Made by a program: the position numbers and the translations under genes
Shown: positions 40,901-54,994 of the stretch, piece by piece
Layout of the letters: each line of letters opens with the position of its first letter
How positions within the stretch are numbered: the first letter of the stretch is position 1
Assembly (NCBI RefSeq): GCF_964355755.1
Contig: NC_092677.1
Span: forward strand, 2,316,101 to 2,380,100
Origin: Antedon mediterranea
Lineage: Eukaryota; Animalia; Echinodermata
Reading direction: 5' to 3'
DNA: 64,000 nt
Notes under the pieces: generated by a model
Databases searched by the model: none
What the model saw: only the letters and a program-made list of their open reading frames with translations
Told to the model about the DNA's origin: nothing

Positions 40901-43900
40901 ATAGGTCGTACATTCTCTTCATTTATGACGACATTACGTGGACAACCTCTACAGATATGGGAGGCAAGGCGGACACCGGGATAGGAGGGACACCAGCACT
41001 GGTAGGAGGACAGGATATCAACCTGTTATCTATTATAAATTATATTTCATAAAATTACTCAGAATTTATAATAATAAAATATCAATATATTATTGCTCAA
41101 TTATTCTTATTGACGTCCTTTAGATTGGATTAAATGCCGGTGATGGTTATAGACAGTTCACGGCGTATGATTATTCCCGCAAAGACATACAGATTACACT
41201 TGATGTGGGGACAAACTGTGATGAAACTGGCAGATTCGTTTACGATGTGTCGACTGTGGACGTTAAGGAAGGGAGTTGCAAACAAAATCGTAAGTATGGG
41301 GGTGCCGTAATTTGAAGGAATAAAACATCAAACTTGGTTGTAAACACTACTGAACAAGGTCTCTGATTATTGGGTATAATTTGTTTATTAATCTAAGTTG
41401 TCTGTATATTTATTATTGCGCCTCGTACTTCCGTTGGTGCTACCCATTGTATTGAATTCCACGTAATATATATCATATCTGTGCTATTTGCAGCCTCTAG
41501 TGTGTACCCGCCATACATCAGTATGATGGGTGGTAACAAGTTGTACATTGTGGGTCAGTGTTGGACCCCTACCGACATTAACTGTACCTTTGAACGTGAT
41601 GACGTCATACTACAAGTTGCCAGAGTTGTGTATGTCAATCCATCAGAAGCCTACTGTGTACCGAACCCCTTCTTTGTGACTGGAGAGGTACTGGTCAAGA
41701 TACCAGCTTTAACGATTGCTTTTGAGGCAAAGGTTGTTATTGGTAGGTAGCTGCATTCACGTGGTGTATGACGTACGTGTAATTTGATCAATCGTAAGCT
41801 ACAGTTCGCATTATCAGCTGTGATTGGTCAAATTACTTCCGTTGCGTCATAATAAGAACCAATATCTAGTTTCTCATCAATACGCCATTTTGTATTTTAC
41901 GCAAACGAGTCGCATACTTTAAATTTTGTTTTTATAATCAGTTGAATACGAACGGTTTGCTGCCATTAATGATTATGACGTCACTCTGGTTGACTCAAAC
42001 GACAAAAAATGGAGAAACTCAGGAAAGGAACTGACAATTGAGTGGGTTACTGACTACTTTGGTGCTACTGACGCTGTCGTCGCAGCTGATGTAATCGCTT
42101 ACAGGTATTTCTTATTAAAACATTTTTAAACTAACTAAATACAGTAGTTAATAACATATAGGCAGATATATAAATACATATTTGTTAATGCCAAGCAATT
42201 AAAGGGTAGTTTACTAAATACTATATTTTAAAATGAAACATACTCATTTGCGTCCCCATTACGGTGGTATCATTTGTTTTACTAAACGGTGACGCAGGAA
42301 ACGCGTTGCAAACTGGGTCTTTTTTCAAACTGGTGCTACAGGATTTTGCGCTAGTGTTCAAAGATATTTACTAATCGAATGAGATTTAGACTATTACGAT
42401 TTTCCGATATCTTTATTGAATCTTAAATCATACAACCATTTTGTTTGTTTACAGAGAGGACGGAGAGAATCCTGAGTGGGAGACGGTATATACAATAACC
42501 CCGATGACCAGAAACGATGGATCATTTTCATTCGTCCCGTCAGCAATGGCTAACGTCACGACGGACAACGCGTTTGGCATCATACGAGTCCATGGATCGT
42601 CGTAGGTGTTAAATATTTTACAATTTGTTTAAAGATACGATTAGAATGGTTCAGTGTTGTAATTATTTGAATTAATGAAAGGTACTTTACTTAGTTACGA
42701 CGGTCCCAGTTATCCGTAGGCAGTCCAACAGGCGTTATAAGAGCATGAGCAGTCCAATGCAACTACCCAGCTTTGAAATGCCCCTTGGGAGCGCTAAACT
42801 AGGGACTTTTACCATGCGTCACGTCACATTCACACTTCGCTGAACAGAAGACGACGCTGCATAATTTTTCATTATTTCCACCAGGGAGGTATAAAAATAT
42901 GTTATGCTCTGTCTACACTATCAAACTTAATGTAATGTCATATCACTACCATATTTGGGCACATCACACTAGATGCTACAGCTTTAGTGCAAAATTGAGG
43001 GATGATACAGTAATTTAAATATAATCTTGGTTTTTTTCCAGGTCAGATCCTATACTGTACAGCAAGATACACGCACTCGGCTATCTTCTTGAGGATTCAT
43101 ACCAGGATAGGTCATTTAACTGGTCACAGAACGCCTGCGTAAATTGGTACGAAGCTGACCAGACGACTCCAGATTACATTGCCAACCTACCAAGCTGTCC
43201 ATGTACCTTAGGCCAAGCGTTGGCGGACGGTTCTAGGTTTCAACCGGACACCGGGTGTAGCTTATTCCAAGGAAGCGTCTGTACGTACCACAAAGGGGCT
43301 CAACATTGTGTTCGAAGTATATTTCCAACGTAAGTCAGAATATTATATAGTATAACTTGATCGAATCAGGCAAATTGACCAATCACAAGCGAATGAGTGT
43401 TTCTTGTGATTGGTTAAATTACTCACGTTGCGCGTACGTCCTTATGTTGCGTCCTAGTCGGAACCAAGTCCTACGTCATTGCGCGTACGTCCTTATGTTG
43501 CGTCCTAGTGGGAACCAAGCCTTACGTTACCTATACGTCCTTGCGTTGCGTCCCTATTTGGAACCCACACTTATACATATAAGTATTATTCTGTAACAGG
43601 ACTGATAATTCGGGAGTACAGTGTTGTTACACAGAGGAAGGTGACCTCGTGTATGCTGGAGATTCATTTAATGGCAGTACAGCAGATCGATCACACCCCT
43701 GGGGTGTCACTCCCTATGGTACAAAAGGAAAGGTACGTATGTTAAATTAACATTATCAAGAAATTGCATAAATAACCCTTGTGTGTCCTTCCACGGAGAT
43801 AGAGAAGAGATCACCGACTTAATGTCTCACCTAAAAAGCGATGGAATTAAACTAGGGATCAACGAGAATGCATGGATCGCGCTCGTTAGTTTAGGCCCGC

Positions 43901-46900
43901 GCTGTGGTTTGTCAGTTCAGGCAACTATGCTAAATTACACATCATTATTCTAACTTATGCCTACTCTATCTCCCACTACGTAGGTTCCTACTATGTCACA
44001 TTGGGTCGATGACGTCATTTCATTTTACTATTGCTGTATATGGACCGATAATTCAGACGACTGTTGGAACTATATGGAACGCCGACCAACAGCAGATTGT
44101 CGAAATTACGTGCCACCAACACATGGTATTTATTGTAACATAACATTAACCTTTATCGAATTGAAGAAACGTCGGTAAAAAACTTCCTTTATCAAACTTT
44201 ATCTATTTAATTTTTCAGCAACAATATACGGTGATCCACACGTGTACACATTCGATGGTTTGGGTTACACGGCAAATCTTAAAGGAGAGTTTCTACTGTT
44301 ACAATCCATCGACAGCGATGCTTTACAGATCCAGGGACGAATGGAACAGATCAGTAACTACAATGGTATATAATATTTATTGTTTTCGAATGATGATGAT
44401 GATGACTGATATTGATGAATGACGATAAATGTTGATGAATGATGATGAATAATGATAAGGACGACGATGATGATGAATGATAATGATGATGAAGATAATG
44501 ATGATCAATGATGACGATGACTGATATTGATGATGATGATGATGGATGATGTTGATGATGATGACTGATATTGATGATGATGACGATGATAATGATAATG
44601 ATGATGATGATGACTGATATCTATGATGATGAATGATGATGATAATGATGTTGATGACGATGATATTGATATTGATGATGATATTGATGATGACGATGGA
44701 TCATGATGATTTATATTATCGTTGAATTATATTTTTTTAAAGGTAAAATTCAGCTTGCAACAGGCCTTACAGCTATCGCAATGAAAGATCTATCTACAGA
44801 CACCGTTCAGGTTGAATTAGATCCAATCAGTATGTTAATAATTTCACATGGATCAGATAAAGTAGACGTCAAGAATCAGAAATTGATTAATTTTAAAGGT
44901 TGGTTTGTTATACTTCTTTGTAAATGTTGAAGATGCATATTGTCTCCTAAACATGGGAAGTGGGAAAAATATGTGTGAAAATCGGATTTCATTTTCAAAG
45001 TAAAATAATTGATTAAAGGAAAAATAAAGAATGAATAAATAGCAGATCATATTGTTTTTTAATAGACAAACTAAACGTATAATTTCATACTGTAGTCGTC
45101 CAACTCTAAAGCAAATTATTTAATTTGAAGGTGTTACAGCAGTGTTTGATGCTGACTTCACTGGTGGAAACATAACAAAAGTGTCGTTTATATTTGACTC
45201 TGGTATTGCTGTCCAAGTTAACGCAATTCCGCAACTCATGTCTTTGTCAATTACTATACCACCGACACTTACGGTAAGTAAGCGCATTAAAGCTTGGTTT
45301 CCGCTATGTAACTACGCAACGTTACGCAACCTATGCAACGTAAGAAAATGCCCTTCCAATAATAGTGTTTTCCCCTGAAATCAAACCTGCGATGTTTGCA
45401 GCACTGTTGCGTCGTCGGTTCTCACTGTGATTACGCAATACAGAATTTTGCGCCAATACGTCGTTGCGTTTAAGAACTGTCAGCGCAGCATCATCTTGAA
45501 TATAACATTTTATTGTAACATTAACATTATCTGGTATTCAATAACTCAATCCGATATATTAACATGTATACATAAATGTACACTAAGGCCTATTTTTTTT
45601 TAAAAAGATCAAAGAAAACAGACTGCTTACTTATCTCGATTTTGTCCTGCGTTTAGGGAAAAATTTCAGGATTTTTTGGTGACGCAAACAATGTAACAAG
45701 TAACGATCCGTTTGGTGAGGATGAATTACTTACTGACGAACAGAATCTATTCGCTTACGCCAACGCTAACAGTAAGTAACTTATGGTTCACACACAATTA
45801 CACTTGCTCCAAGTGTATGTTATTGTCCTAAAAGTCGGTTTCCATTAGACGAATATATTGTGTTCACTAATGGGCATGCGTATTAATATTTTCATCTGCT
45901 TTTTGTGACGTGCGAAAATGCACAACCAATCATAACTCAGGAATGTTTGTGACGTGCGAAAATGCACAACCAATCATAACTCAGGAATGTTCGATTCGCG
46001 CGAATTATATTCGCTAATGAAAAGCAGGCGTTATGTTGTTAGGCCACCGGTCGACGTTCAATTGTTTGTAGCTCAAATATTGTACGTATGAAACGCCATG
46101 TATGCCAAAATATCATCTTTTTTACCAATATTAAGTTGAATCGCCGTCTAGAACTTGACGTTCTGAAATGCAGAATGACACCATGATTTTCTGTTTTCTC
46201 CATCCATTTTATTCTGAGAATGTTTTTATTATACTACAACTTACAAGTGTGTAATACTTATTTAGTGGAAATTGACTCTGATGATTCATTATTTAAATAT
46301 GAACTTGGTAAAAGTCACAGCGATTACCACAATGCATCATTCAAACCGCTCTTTGAAGATCCGCCAGGCACCAACATTCCAAGCAACACTCTCAACCTAA
46401 TGCCAGAGGTAAGTATCATATACACCTTCCACCAATAAGATCTTTGCTTAATAAACAGGCAGTTATTTTATAATTTCAATGCAAAAATGGTAAAAGCACG
46501 TTAAAATGAATTGCTAATGAATCGTGCCAGTTCACATTGCAGACGTCATTATGTCCATAGCGCCATCTATTCCAACGTCCATCATTCCTCATGGTGATGT
46601 GTACACTTTCTACTACATATGCTACATCACGTGATGTCAAAGCAGTTTCTCTCTCATTATGTTCAAACATCAGGTTAATAAAGGATATATAGTTGTGTAC
46701 ACTGAAACTAGACGGCCGAGAACCCTTTCCGGCTGCATTTATCGCGCGATATTCATTCTTCATAAGATGTTCTTACATTTTTCTTTTCTTTCAAGACATG
46801 TGAAGGTATCTCATCATGCGAATATGACGTACTGACGACCGGTTTACTTGACGTTGGAGAAGCAACACGACAAGCTGTCGACCAATATTTTCTTAATAGA

Positions 46901-49761
46901 AACGGGTCTTTAGCCGGTACGTAAACGATCGATTGGTATAGTATGACCACTCCGCAACGACGTTCCAAGCATGTACGCAACATGTTTTTCATTAGCTACG
47001 GTAGCTAAACGCGCATTTAACTATAGTATGCATGGTTCCCACTTTGACGCAACGCAAGGATGTAGATAGACTTGCCCCAAGTCTGTATTTTCTTTTTTAT
47101 TTATTTGTTTTTATTGCGACCGCGATTTTTGTCTGAAAATACAGACTTGTGAAACGCGTATAGAAATCGATTTGTAGACCGCAAACGTCCGATAAGAATG
47201 ACGTAGGTGATCATACCGTATTTGGCTATATGGGGCGGGCGGTATGTAAATATAGATTTCGAATCAACCAATGATCATCTTGTTTCAAAATGAAAAAGAT
47301 CGAGTACGTACAGTGCTGAATGTACGAGACGAGACTGTTGATAAAATCGTGTTGCCAAGTTGTTTTTTTGATTAATTGTTTAGTCATTGGCCTAGGCCTC
47401 TTTCGTAGGTCCTACTCAACTCGCACGTATGACCTGCCAAATAAAACGCCAATAAAGTAGGCCTACATACCACCGGCACACAACAAAGCTACACCACACA
47501 CTACACAGAACAGGACAGGGTCTGGGTGGGAATTAAATCAAATTATCTCCGCGTAATATAATGATCCATTCAATGTTTGATTTGCGGAGAAGCAGCCTAT
47601 CTTATCAAGACGAGTTTTCATGTTCTTGGGAAAAATCCCATCAAATGTTTACCAAACTACTAGGCATATAAAATCATTTCTAGCCTTCAGAAACTTTCAT
47701 CAATGTACCAAGTACACGTTGTCTAAACGTAACATAGCGCATGCGCACCATCTTAGTTGTTGAGTCTTTGAACTTCTGAAATATGAATATTAAAACGGTG
47801 TACGAGTGAGTAGCCAATCGCATGCAGCTGAAACTAGTCAACCGGATAATCGTATGCACCAAGAATTCTTGGTGTCAAACCACGTGACTTGTGCGTGTTT
47901 CCCCAGACGGAGTATCCAAAATCAAGTAGTATACGTATGAAACGCCATATGTGCCAAAATATTTATCTTTTTACTAATATTAAGACAAAACTCCGTCTGG
48001 AACCCAGACTAGGATGTAGACACAACGCAAGCAAGTTGACCAATGACAAGCGACAGTTCCCATAATTAATTGCCTGTGATTGGTCAAATTACTTTTCGTT
48101 CAATTGGGATTTACCAAGCATTTAGTTTGGTTCGAATGTTTGGAATGTTGGTGCCATACATTATATTATTTTATACTACAACGTTTGTATATTTGTAATT
48201 CTGTAATTTCAGTCATAGCGTGTCCATATATTCGAACTCCTTCAAACGGTAAAAAGGGATTCGTGGGCGGACAGAACAACCACTTGGTGGGGGCAACTAT
48301 AACATTTTATTGCAATGACGGCTACATATTATCGGGAAGTACCACAAGAAATTGCAAGAGCAATGGAGAATGGACGGGTACTACCGATGAACCAATTTGT
48401 TACTACGGTAAGGTGTTTTTTTTTCAGTTGTTTTAAATTCAATTATTTTTTCACCACCCACAATACATGTACATGGTGCATTAAGATCTGTGCTAAGCAG
48501 ATTTTTAAATTAATAATTCACCCTTGAAAAGGTACAATCACAATGTATCCATTTATTTATTTATCAAAAAAGATATTGTGCTGCTTCCATCCACATTTGA
48601 TAAAACCCTATTTTTCCTCTACACGAATTTGTTCACGCGAATCGAAAGCGTCAGCTTAATAAATCGAATAAATCACCTTTCTTCCACATGCGAAGGGTGT
48701 GACACTCCACGTAGCGGATCTCTAGCACATGGATCAACACACATCTTTTCATACCAACCTAATTACAATTTTCCATATTCTCTGAATTTTTAGCACGGGA
48801 TTGTGGAAGCCTAGAGCCACCAGAGAATGGTTATATAACAGTTGACAGGTCAGATGATGAGATTGTGGCCGAATTCACATGTAATGACGGATATAATCTG
48901 GGAGGCAGTTCAGTGAGGACGTGTAGTGGCGATGTCTGGACGGGCGAAACAACGGGATGTTACGGTAAATAATTATAGATCTAATCTTTTACATTTCTTA
49001 ATGTTACCACGGACTTAGGTCTATGTTACCAATGATCCTTCTACAACTTTAAATAGTCCCACCATGGGCTTAATTTGAAAAAGCTAAGAAAAACCACACC
49101 ATAATAACGTCTAAAGCTCTGTCAACATTATCAAACTTGATGTGACAAAAAATGTGATGTGCCCATATATGGACATGGTGATGTCATATCACTACCGGTA
49201 CCATAATTGGGCACATCACACTTTAAAAAAAACTATTTTGATAGTGTAGTCAGATCTTAAAACGCCAATTTAAAACGTCAGCTCTATATACACTATCCAA
49301 CTTTATGTAACAAAAAATGTGATGTGACCAATAGGGACATGGACGTCAAATCACTACCGTATTTAGGCGTATCACTACTGTATGTGGGCGTATCACTACT
49401 GTATGTGGGCGTATCACTACCGTATTTGGGCAATCACATAGTGCTATTATAGCAATACCTTAAAACGCCAATTCAACAAGTAAGTGAATATATCTCGGAG
49501 TATAGGCCCTAATAAATCAATCGATATGTTCCTATTACAGACGGTTTAACACCAGATCAGCAACTAGCGCTAATCCTTGGACTCGTTATTCCAATTGTTA
49601 TCATCGTCGCAGTTGTCATTGCATTCATCATGTATAGAAAGCGAAAACGAGAGAAAGAATATAGAGGGACCAGTGCAGGGGCACCGATGGAGAACATAGG
49701 TAAGACAGAGGAGTACACGGACGAACCTAAGACCCACGTTCCTTCCGCTGCCAATATTTGA
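37994..49761 (+). CDS. SUSD2: Mesh/SUSD2-like type I membrane protein: SP-NIDO-IPT/TIG-AMOP-VWD-Sushi-Sushi-TM, about 1121 aa, 21 exons
   Basis: Exons 37994-38060 (signal peptide), 38744-38865, 39643-39729, 40158-40409 ([12 protein letters not shown]), 40864-41001 ([11 protein letters not shown]), 41124-41289 (GLNAGDG), 41494-41742 (SMMGG, IPT), 41942-42104, 42455-42601, 43042-43329 (LPSCPCT...HCVRS, AMOP), 43600-43732 (QCCY), 43984-44125, 44219-44365 (GDPH, VWD), 44743-44898, 45131-45273, 45657-45771, 46266-46408, 46796-46916, 48213-48407 and 48794-48964 (Sushi), 49541-49761 (TM + RKRKR + tail). 3366 nt, phases consistent. Confidence 0.92.
38345..38625. repeat. 26-bp tandem repeat (AGGGAACATTTTACCGAAATCTACCA)
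   Basis: About 10 units in Mesh-like intron 1. Confidence 0.9.
38991..39571 (+). mobile_element. Diverged copy of the AcademH-like element (Mesh-like intron 2)
   Basis: ACTTGCCCCAAGTCTG at 39001 and ATACGTATGAAACGCCATATGTGCCA...GTCTAGAACTAGACTA at 39515-39571. A further right-end fragment is at about 46083-46160. Confidence 0.65.
40436..40850. repeat. About 102-bp unit repeated 4 times, filling Mesh-like intron 4
   Basis: Units start at about 40436, 40551, 40654 and 40755. Confidence 0.9.
47067..48011 (+). mobile_element. Non-autonomous AcademH-like DNA transposon (945 bp) with 9-bp TSD, nested in a Harbinger-type MITE
   Basis: Termini are TAGACTTG...CCAGACTA, each with a terminal hairpin. 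The direct repeat GGATGTAGA flanks it at 47058-47066 and 48012-48020, and the host MITE resumes after 48020. Confidence 0.8.
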
Positions 49762-50087
49762 GCTTACAAATCGCTTCATCATCAACCACTTCAAAAATTT
49801 CACAAAACAACTGTAATCAACTTTACAATGTACTGGAATGGACAACTTCATGAATACCTCATGACAAACAAAGTTTACTCTAACTACGCCTACGTCATCC
49901 TAACATAAACATTGTCTAAAGGTTTAAAAAAAAATATAAAAAAAATAAACAGATATAGACCTACAGTAATGCACATAAGTTGCCGGTATCTCTCAATGAT
50001 GACGGCCTGATGTTCTCAATCGAGAACGGCTAAATAAACAACAAGAAGAAGTAGTCTATTACAATGTTTCACCCCCATTCTTGGTAC

Positions 50088-50232
50088 AGTATCATAGGAA
50101 TATTTTGAATACAGCATCACATGTGCTTCACATGCATTCCTAGTACCATAGACCATAACTTAACCTCATATGATACAGGCACCACATGTGATACACATGA
50201 TATGCTGTATTACGGCATTTTCCTATGATACT
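50088..50232. mobile_element. Palindromic MITE family of unknown superfamily
   Basis: AGTATCATAGGAA...TTCCTATGATACT arms with CATCACATGT internal motifs. Related copies at about 12904-13068, 13340-13460 and 16095-16215. Confidence 0.6.
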
Positions 50233-51405
50233 ACGCAGATAGAATTGTTTGATTATTTTCCATGTAGAAGGACATTAATGCAATAGCTAGGTAGACACCC
50301 ACATTACATTCCCTTGTATAATTTAAGCAAAAGTTAAAGATTCCTTTTTTATAGGAAAAAAATTGATATGAAATAATTTGTACAAAACACTGGTATACAG
50401 TTAGTCTAACTCTACTTGTTTAATTTCTATTATATTCATTAATACATTTGACTCAATTCATCTTTAAAACATTTTGTAAAAATGAAACATTTTAAAGGCC
50501 TAAGCTAACGAACCATTGTGGAAAGACTCGAATGTAAGAAAATAAGATAAAAGTTGCTTTGTGTTTTTATATTTCGTTGGAATCAAATAATTAGAAAGAC
50601 CATAGCTTAAGTATAGAAGTTAAATTAATGGGGTTTACACAGAATACTATTTTGTTAAAAGTCTAAAGATAGACTATCAGATAGATATATCAGTTCTTCA
50701 ATATTGTGATTGCTTCTAATTCTATTACTAATAAATGTTTTCTAAACTAAAAAATGGAAGTACGAATAAATGAAAATTTGTAATAATGAATTTAGTAATT
50801 TAAACTTTTGTTTATAACTAATACTACTTGTTTATACCGAAGCTTTTTTCAGATTAATAAATGAAAAATTGTCAACTTAGGCCTATTTCTATTTAGTATG
50901 TTCTTGCTAGCTTTAATTTTAATACCGATTTAATCATTCTACACGGCTTTATGCAAATGAAAAATTGTCAACCTCCTGACAATGTTTTATAACCACAATT
51001 TAATCTGCATAGCTTTTACAAATAATAAAACACTATTTTGCTTTACTATATTTTTGTAACTGTAAATCTGCATAGCTAGCTCAGTAATAATAAATATTCA
51101 AAATAAAACACAAAGTACAAAAGTAGGAATGAAAGGAAAACGAACTATTTTCGCAATATCTTTGGAACCACTACTAAACTCGTTCTGTTACCTACTTCTT
51201 CTTTGTTGTTTTTTTTGGAATTTACATTAATAAACATTTTGCTCCAATATTGTAATAATAAAATAGCGTACAACTAAAATTCAATTAAAACAGTCGATTT
51301 GCGTTTTATAACAGCAATAATGTCATCTTTATTATTATTTCAAAATTTTTTTAGTTTTTCTAAAAAAACATTTGTTAAAACGTGGTATCGATTAATACCG
51401 CATAT

Positions 51406-53273
51406 CTAACTTTTTGCCCGGAAAACGTTTTCCTTAAATCGACCTATGACATTTCCCGGCGGGTCATAGTTGAACACGGCGTAAACCTCGTTAGGTTTTT
51501 TGGGATTGATTGCCATTCCAACGCCAAGTCGCACACTATCTTTCCAGACCACTTGTGTGAAGTGACCTATAAAAATACATATTTGCACATTGTTAATTGT
51601 CACAAATAATAATGGACCAATAACCAAAACGTATACTATTATTGCAGTACAGTAGTGACGCAGCCGCGTACTCGCGAGCGTATGCGTAGTTTCGAACTTA
51701 CCTGTGCCTTGGGTAAAATCGCCTCTGTTGAAATCGTACTTGCTTATTTCATTGTAGAAACTTGCAACCGCTTGTTCACCTAAAAAGACATTACCAAATG
51801 TTAGTCTGCAATCTAGTTTCGAAAGTTGAATAGTATTAGTAGGCCTATACCACAATATATTATTACGTCATACATATATCAAATCTTACCATTCAGATTA
51901 TCGAGACCTGCTGAGTTAAAAAACCAATAGATGTTTTCTCCATATTTGTTGGACGACCTATGTTTTTGTTTTCCCGCCTTTGCGCATCGTTCAGCCCACT
52001 TTTGTGCATAGCTGTTAAGCTTAGAAGAAATTTGAAGCGGGCCAGAACCGTGCCGTGCGCGGTAGTTGTTGTGTGCTTCTAACGCCTGCCGCCGGAACTG
52101 GTCTCTTTGACCTAAAAAGAAATGAAGGTGTCATTAGGTAAATGTAAGACATATAATACACTTTATGTAAATGCAAGGTCTATAATACCAATTTACTCGA
52201 ATTGAATAATCTCATTAACTTTCCTACTAGTAGATTGTAATGCACGAAATGCGTTCCATATCTCTACTCAATCAACATTGCAAATTTACATTCCTACGTA
52301 CAGTTTGGCCTACTTGAATTAATTAGTGCGCATACATCTTGTTTGTAACCTATAAAACCCAATGTTTTTGGAATACTCCTATTGAAGGGCACCCTTTTAA
52401 AGGGATACTCATTTTCACGTAAAACCATGGAGGTAGGTCTAGGCCTATAATGAATAAATGATACTTTGTTTGTCCCAGTGTCTCCTTAATATTGGCTTCT
52501 ACTGTTTTTTTCACATACAATTTAATTTGTTTTCGAACCCATCGCGTATAAATATGGCTGATTTTGTAACAGTGTGTATTTTGCCGTAGGGATGGAGTTA
52601 TTTCCAATTAAGGAAGAATATAACCGTGAAACTTTAAACCCAGACAGAAACCAGCGCGCCAAAAGCGTCGCTAAGTTCAATTCTAATTGCCTGTACGTAT
52701 AACAACTTTCTTGATTAGTTGTAAGTTTGTTTTGCTTGTCCCTAAATGTGAATAATAAGTTAGGTATGCTACATCTGTACGATATCAAAGTAGACCTATA
52801 CAATAAATAATTTTATTTAATTTACAAATTAAACCAATTTTACATCTTAATTTTTGAAGGTCATTTGGTGTAACGTTAGAGTAAAATGATACGAAACTGA
52901 TTTTTATACAGACCCTCTGTACGGACTGGCGCTTCTAAAACGGCGCCCCGTAAGGATCCCCCAGAAAGAATAAAGTAGAGTTAAAAATAATAATAATAAA
53001 ATAAAATTATAAAGAAGGAAACATGTTGAAATTATTATGTATTTAGTATAGGCCTTCTGTAGGCCATGAAGCAGATGTTGGGGTGCGTTGACAGATGCAC
53101 GGGCAGATGCAATTTAAAATCCAATATGAGCCTCGACATAAACGTGGTAACTTCTAACTAACATGCCTGGTGTACGTAAACAGTTATAAGTAATATCTAG
53201 GCTTAACATATCAACAATTAGAAAGTAGTAAACAAGAATATACTATACCTCTTCCTGAGTAACACTGTCCCAT
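51406..53273 (-). CDS. GLIPR2: Golgi-associated plant pathogenesis-related protein 1 (GAPR-1)-like CAP/SCP protein, 161 aa, 4 exons
   Basis: Exons 53273-53249 (MGQCYSGR), 52111-51890 (LEAHNNYRARHG...AQKWA...YGENIYW), 51779-51702 (FYNEISKYDF) and 51566-51406 (GHFTQVVWK...YDPPGNV). No signal peptide; N-terminal MGxxxS myristoylation motif as in GAPR-1. Confidence 0.92.
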
Positions 53274-54994
53274 TTCATCAAGTTTTTAAGCACTGCTAAG
53301 ATGTAGACAGTTGATCACTTCTTGGCATAGGTTCTTGTAACAACGCGACGATCATCACATTGGTATGTCACCTTGCTCGCGGAAGTGGGTAGACTATGGA
53401 ACGCCAATTAGTATGATTGTTCACATCAAAATTATGGTGTGCGGTAGGAGCGCGTATATGATGTATGTATGTATGTGCGTATACGTCAGTTAAACCAGGG
53501 AGTTGTACTCTCTGGTTCAACCACAAATATGGAGAGACAAACGTTATCGTTACACTTGAAAACATGGATGATGGCTGAATGACGTAAGCATATTACGCAT
53601 GTAGTCGGAGCCCTATACAAGTTTTAATTGGATATCAAGTATACTGTATGATACACGAAAAACTTTTAGTACGATGTTAACAATGTTATTATTTCCTCCA
53701 AACGTACGTGAATAACCTTTGTCTTAAAGACCCTAACAGTTGACAGGAACTCTGTCAGACGCAATTGCTCAACCGTATACACCAAGTCGTAGGGCCTACA
53801 TGCAGACAGTACCTACCCGGAACCTACCCACGCAATAAACGGTGAACGAAACCACACAAATCGGTAACAATATAGTACAATAATTCTCCATCAGTTTTAA
53901 TATCAACATTTTTTTGTACAAACATTTTTTATTAAATTATTATTCTTTCACTTGAGTGTAAACTTAAACAGGTAGATTATAGTTCTTATATTGTTTCTGT
54001 TTTAAAGCTTTCTGTTGTTTAATTATCAACACGATTCCAACATCGAAAAGATCATTTATTCTTTCAAACGCTAAATTAAGTTACTTTAAATGGGCGAATA
54101 CACAAAATACAGTAATTATTATGACATTGAAATAATACAATTTACAAGAGGATTAAAGATCTCAACTATTGCGCAACCAGATGCAGACCGATTATCCGAT
54201 ATCAATAGAATAAAAAAGGATATTAATTCTACGGAACTTTCTACATCGTACTGCGCATGCGTATTCATGTTTTCATCTTCCAAATGCCTCTCTCTGCGCA
54301 TGCGTATAAGCTGACGCTTTCGATTCGCGCAAAAAAATTCGCAATATGGAAAATAGGGTTTATGCGTGATTCATTTTATAGAATGATGTAATATAACGTA
54401 ACGTTATAAATACGTAGCAAGCGGGGGCTGGGTTGGCATTTTGCTCATTGCTGGTAGGCCTACCGGTGGATTGGTGAATGTTTATACATTTGTAACCAGG
54501 ACATCGTGTAAATAAAGAACGAATGAATATAATAAGACTTGGTCGTTACTTTGTAGACCTACTTTCGTAGGCCTACCTTAGAATTATGAACAGGATAATA
54601 GTAAAATAATACTTTACATTCGAAGACGAAAATAAAAACGAAAATTAATCATAAACGATATTAAATGACGATACTGACCACGAAAATATTTAACAGTATA
54701 AAACCAAAAAATGAACCTTCAACAGCAGACTTCAGTGTCCGGATATTGAATACCAATCATCACCCCTAACTGGGCATTCTTATCGATGAAGATAAAAAGA
54801 CTTTTAGTACCGCAATGTTTCCGTCCCGAGAAAATTGAATTTCAAATCATGTTTACTGTATTTACAATCCCAACTTTACTTGGTTCAGTCGATCAGGCAA
54901 GACCATGTCAGAGTTCACTTGTTGACCAGGGTCAACCAGTCAGAGGATCAGTAGCTGTGTCATTATAAAAAACAAAAAAAAATGGGCGGGTAAA

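Noticed and set aside
54860-54990. Hairpin GTTGACC/GGTCAAC, several CTGA motifs and an acceptor-like site in the PDE9A 3' UTR (snoRNA or alternative last exon)
   Set aside because: No canonical C box or terminal stem. Splicing there would give only LLIL* and truncate the catalytic domain.
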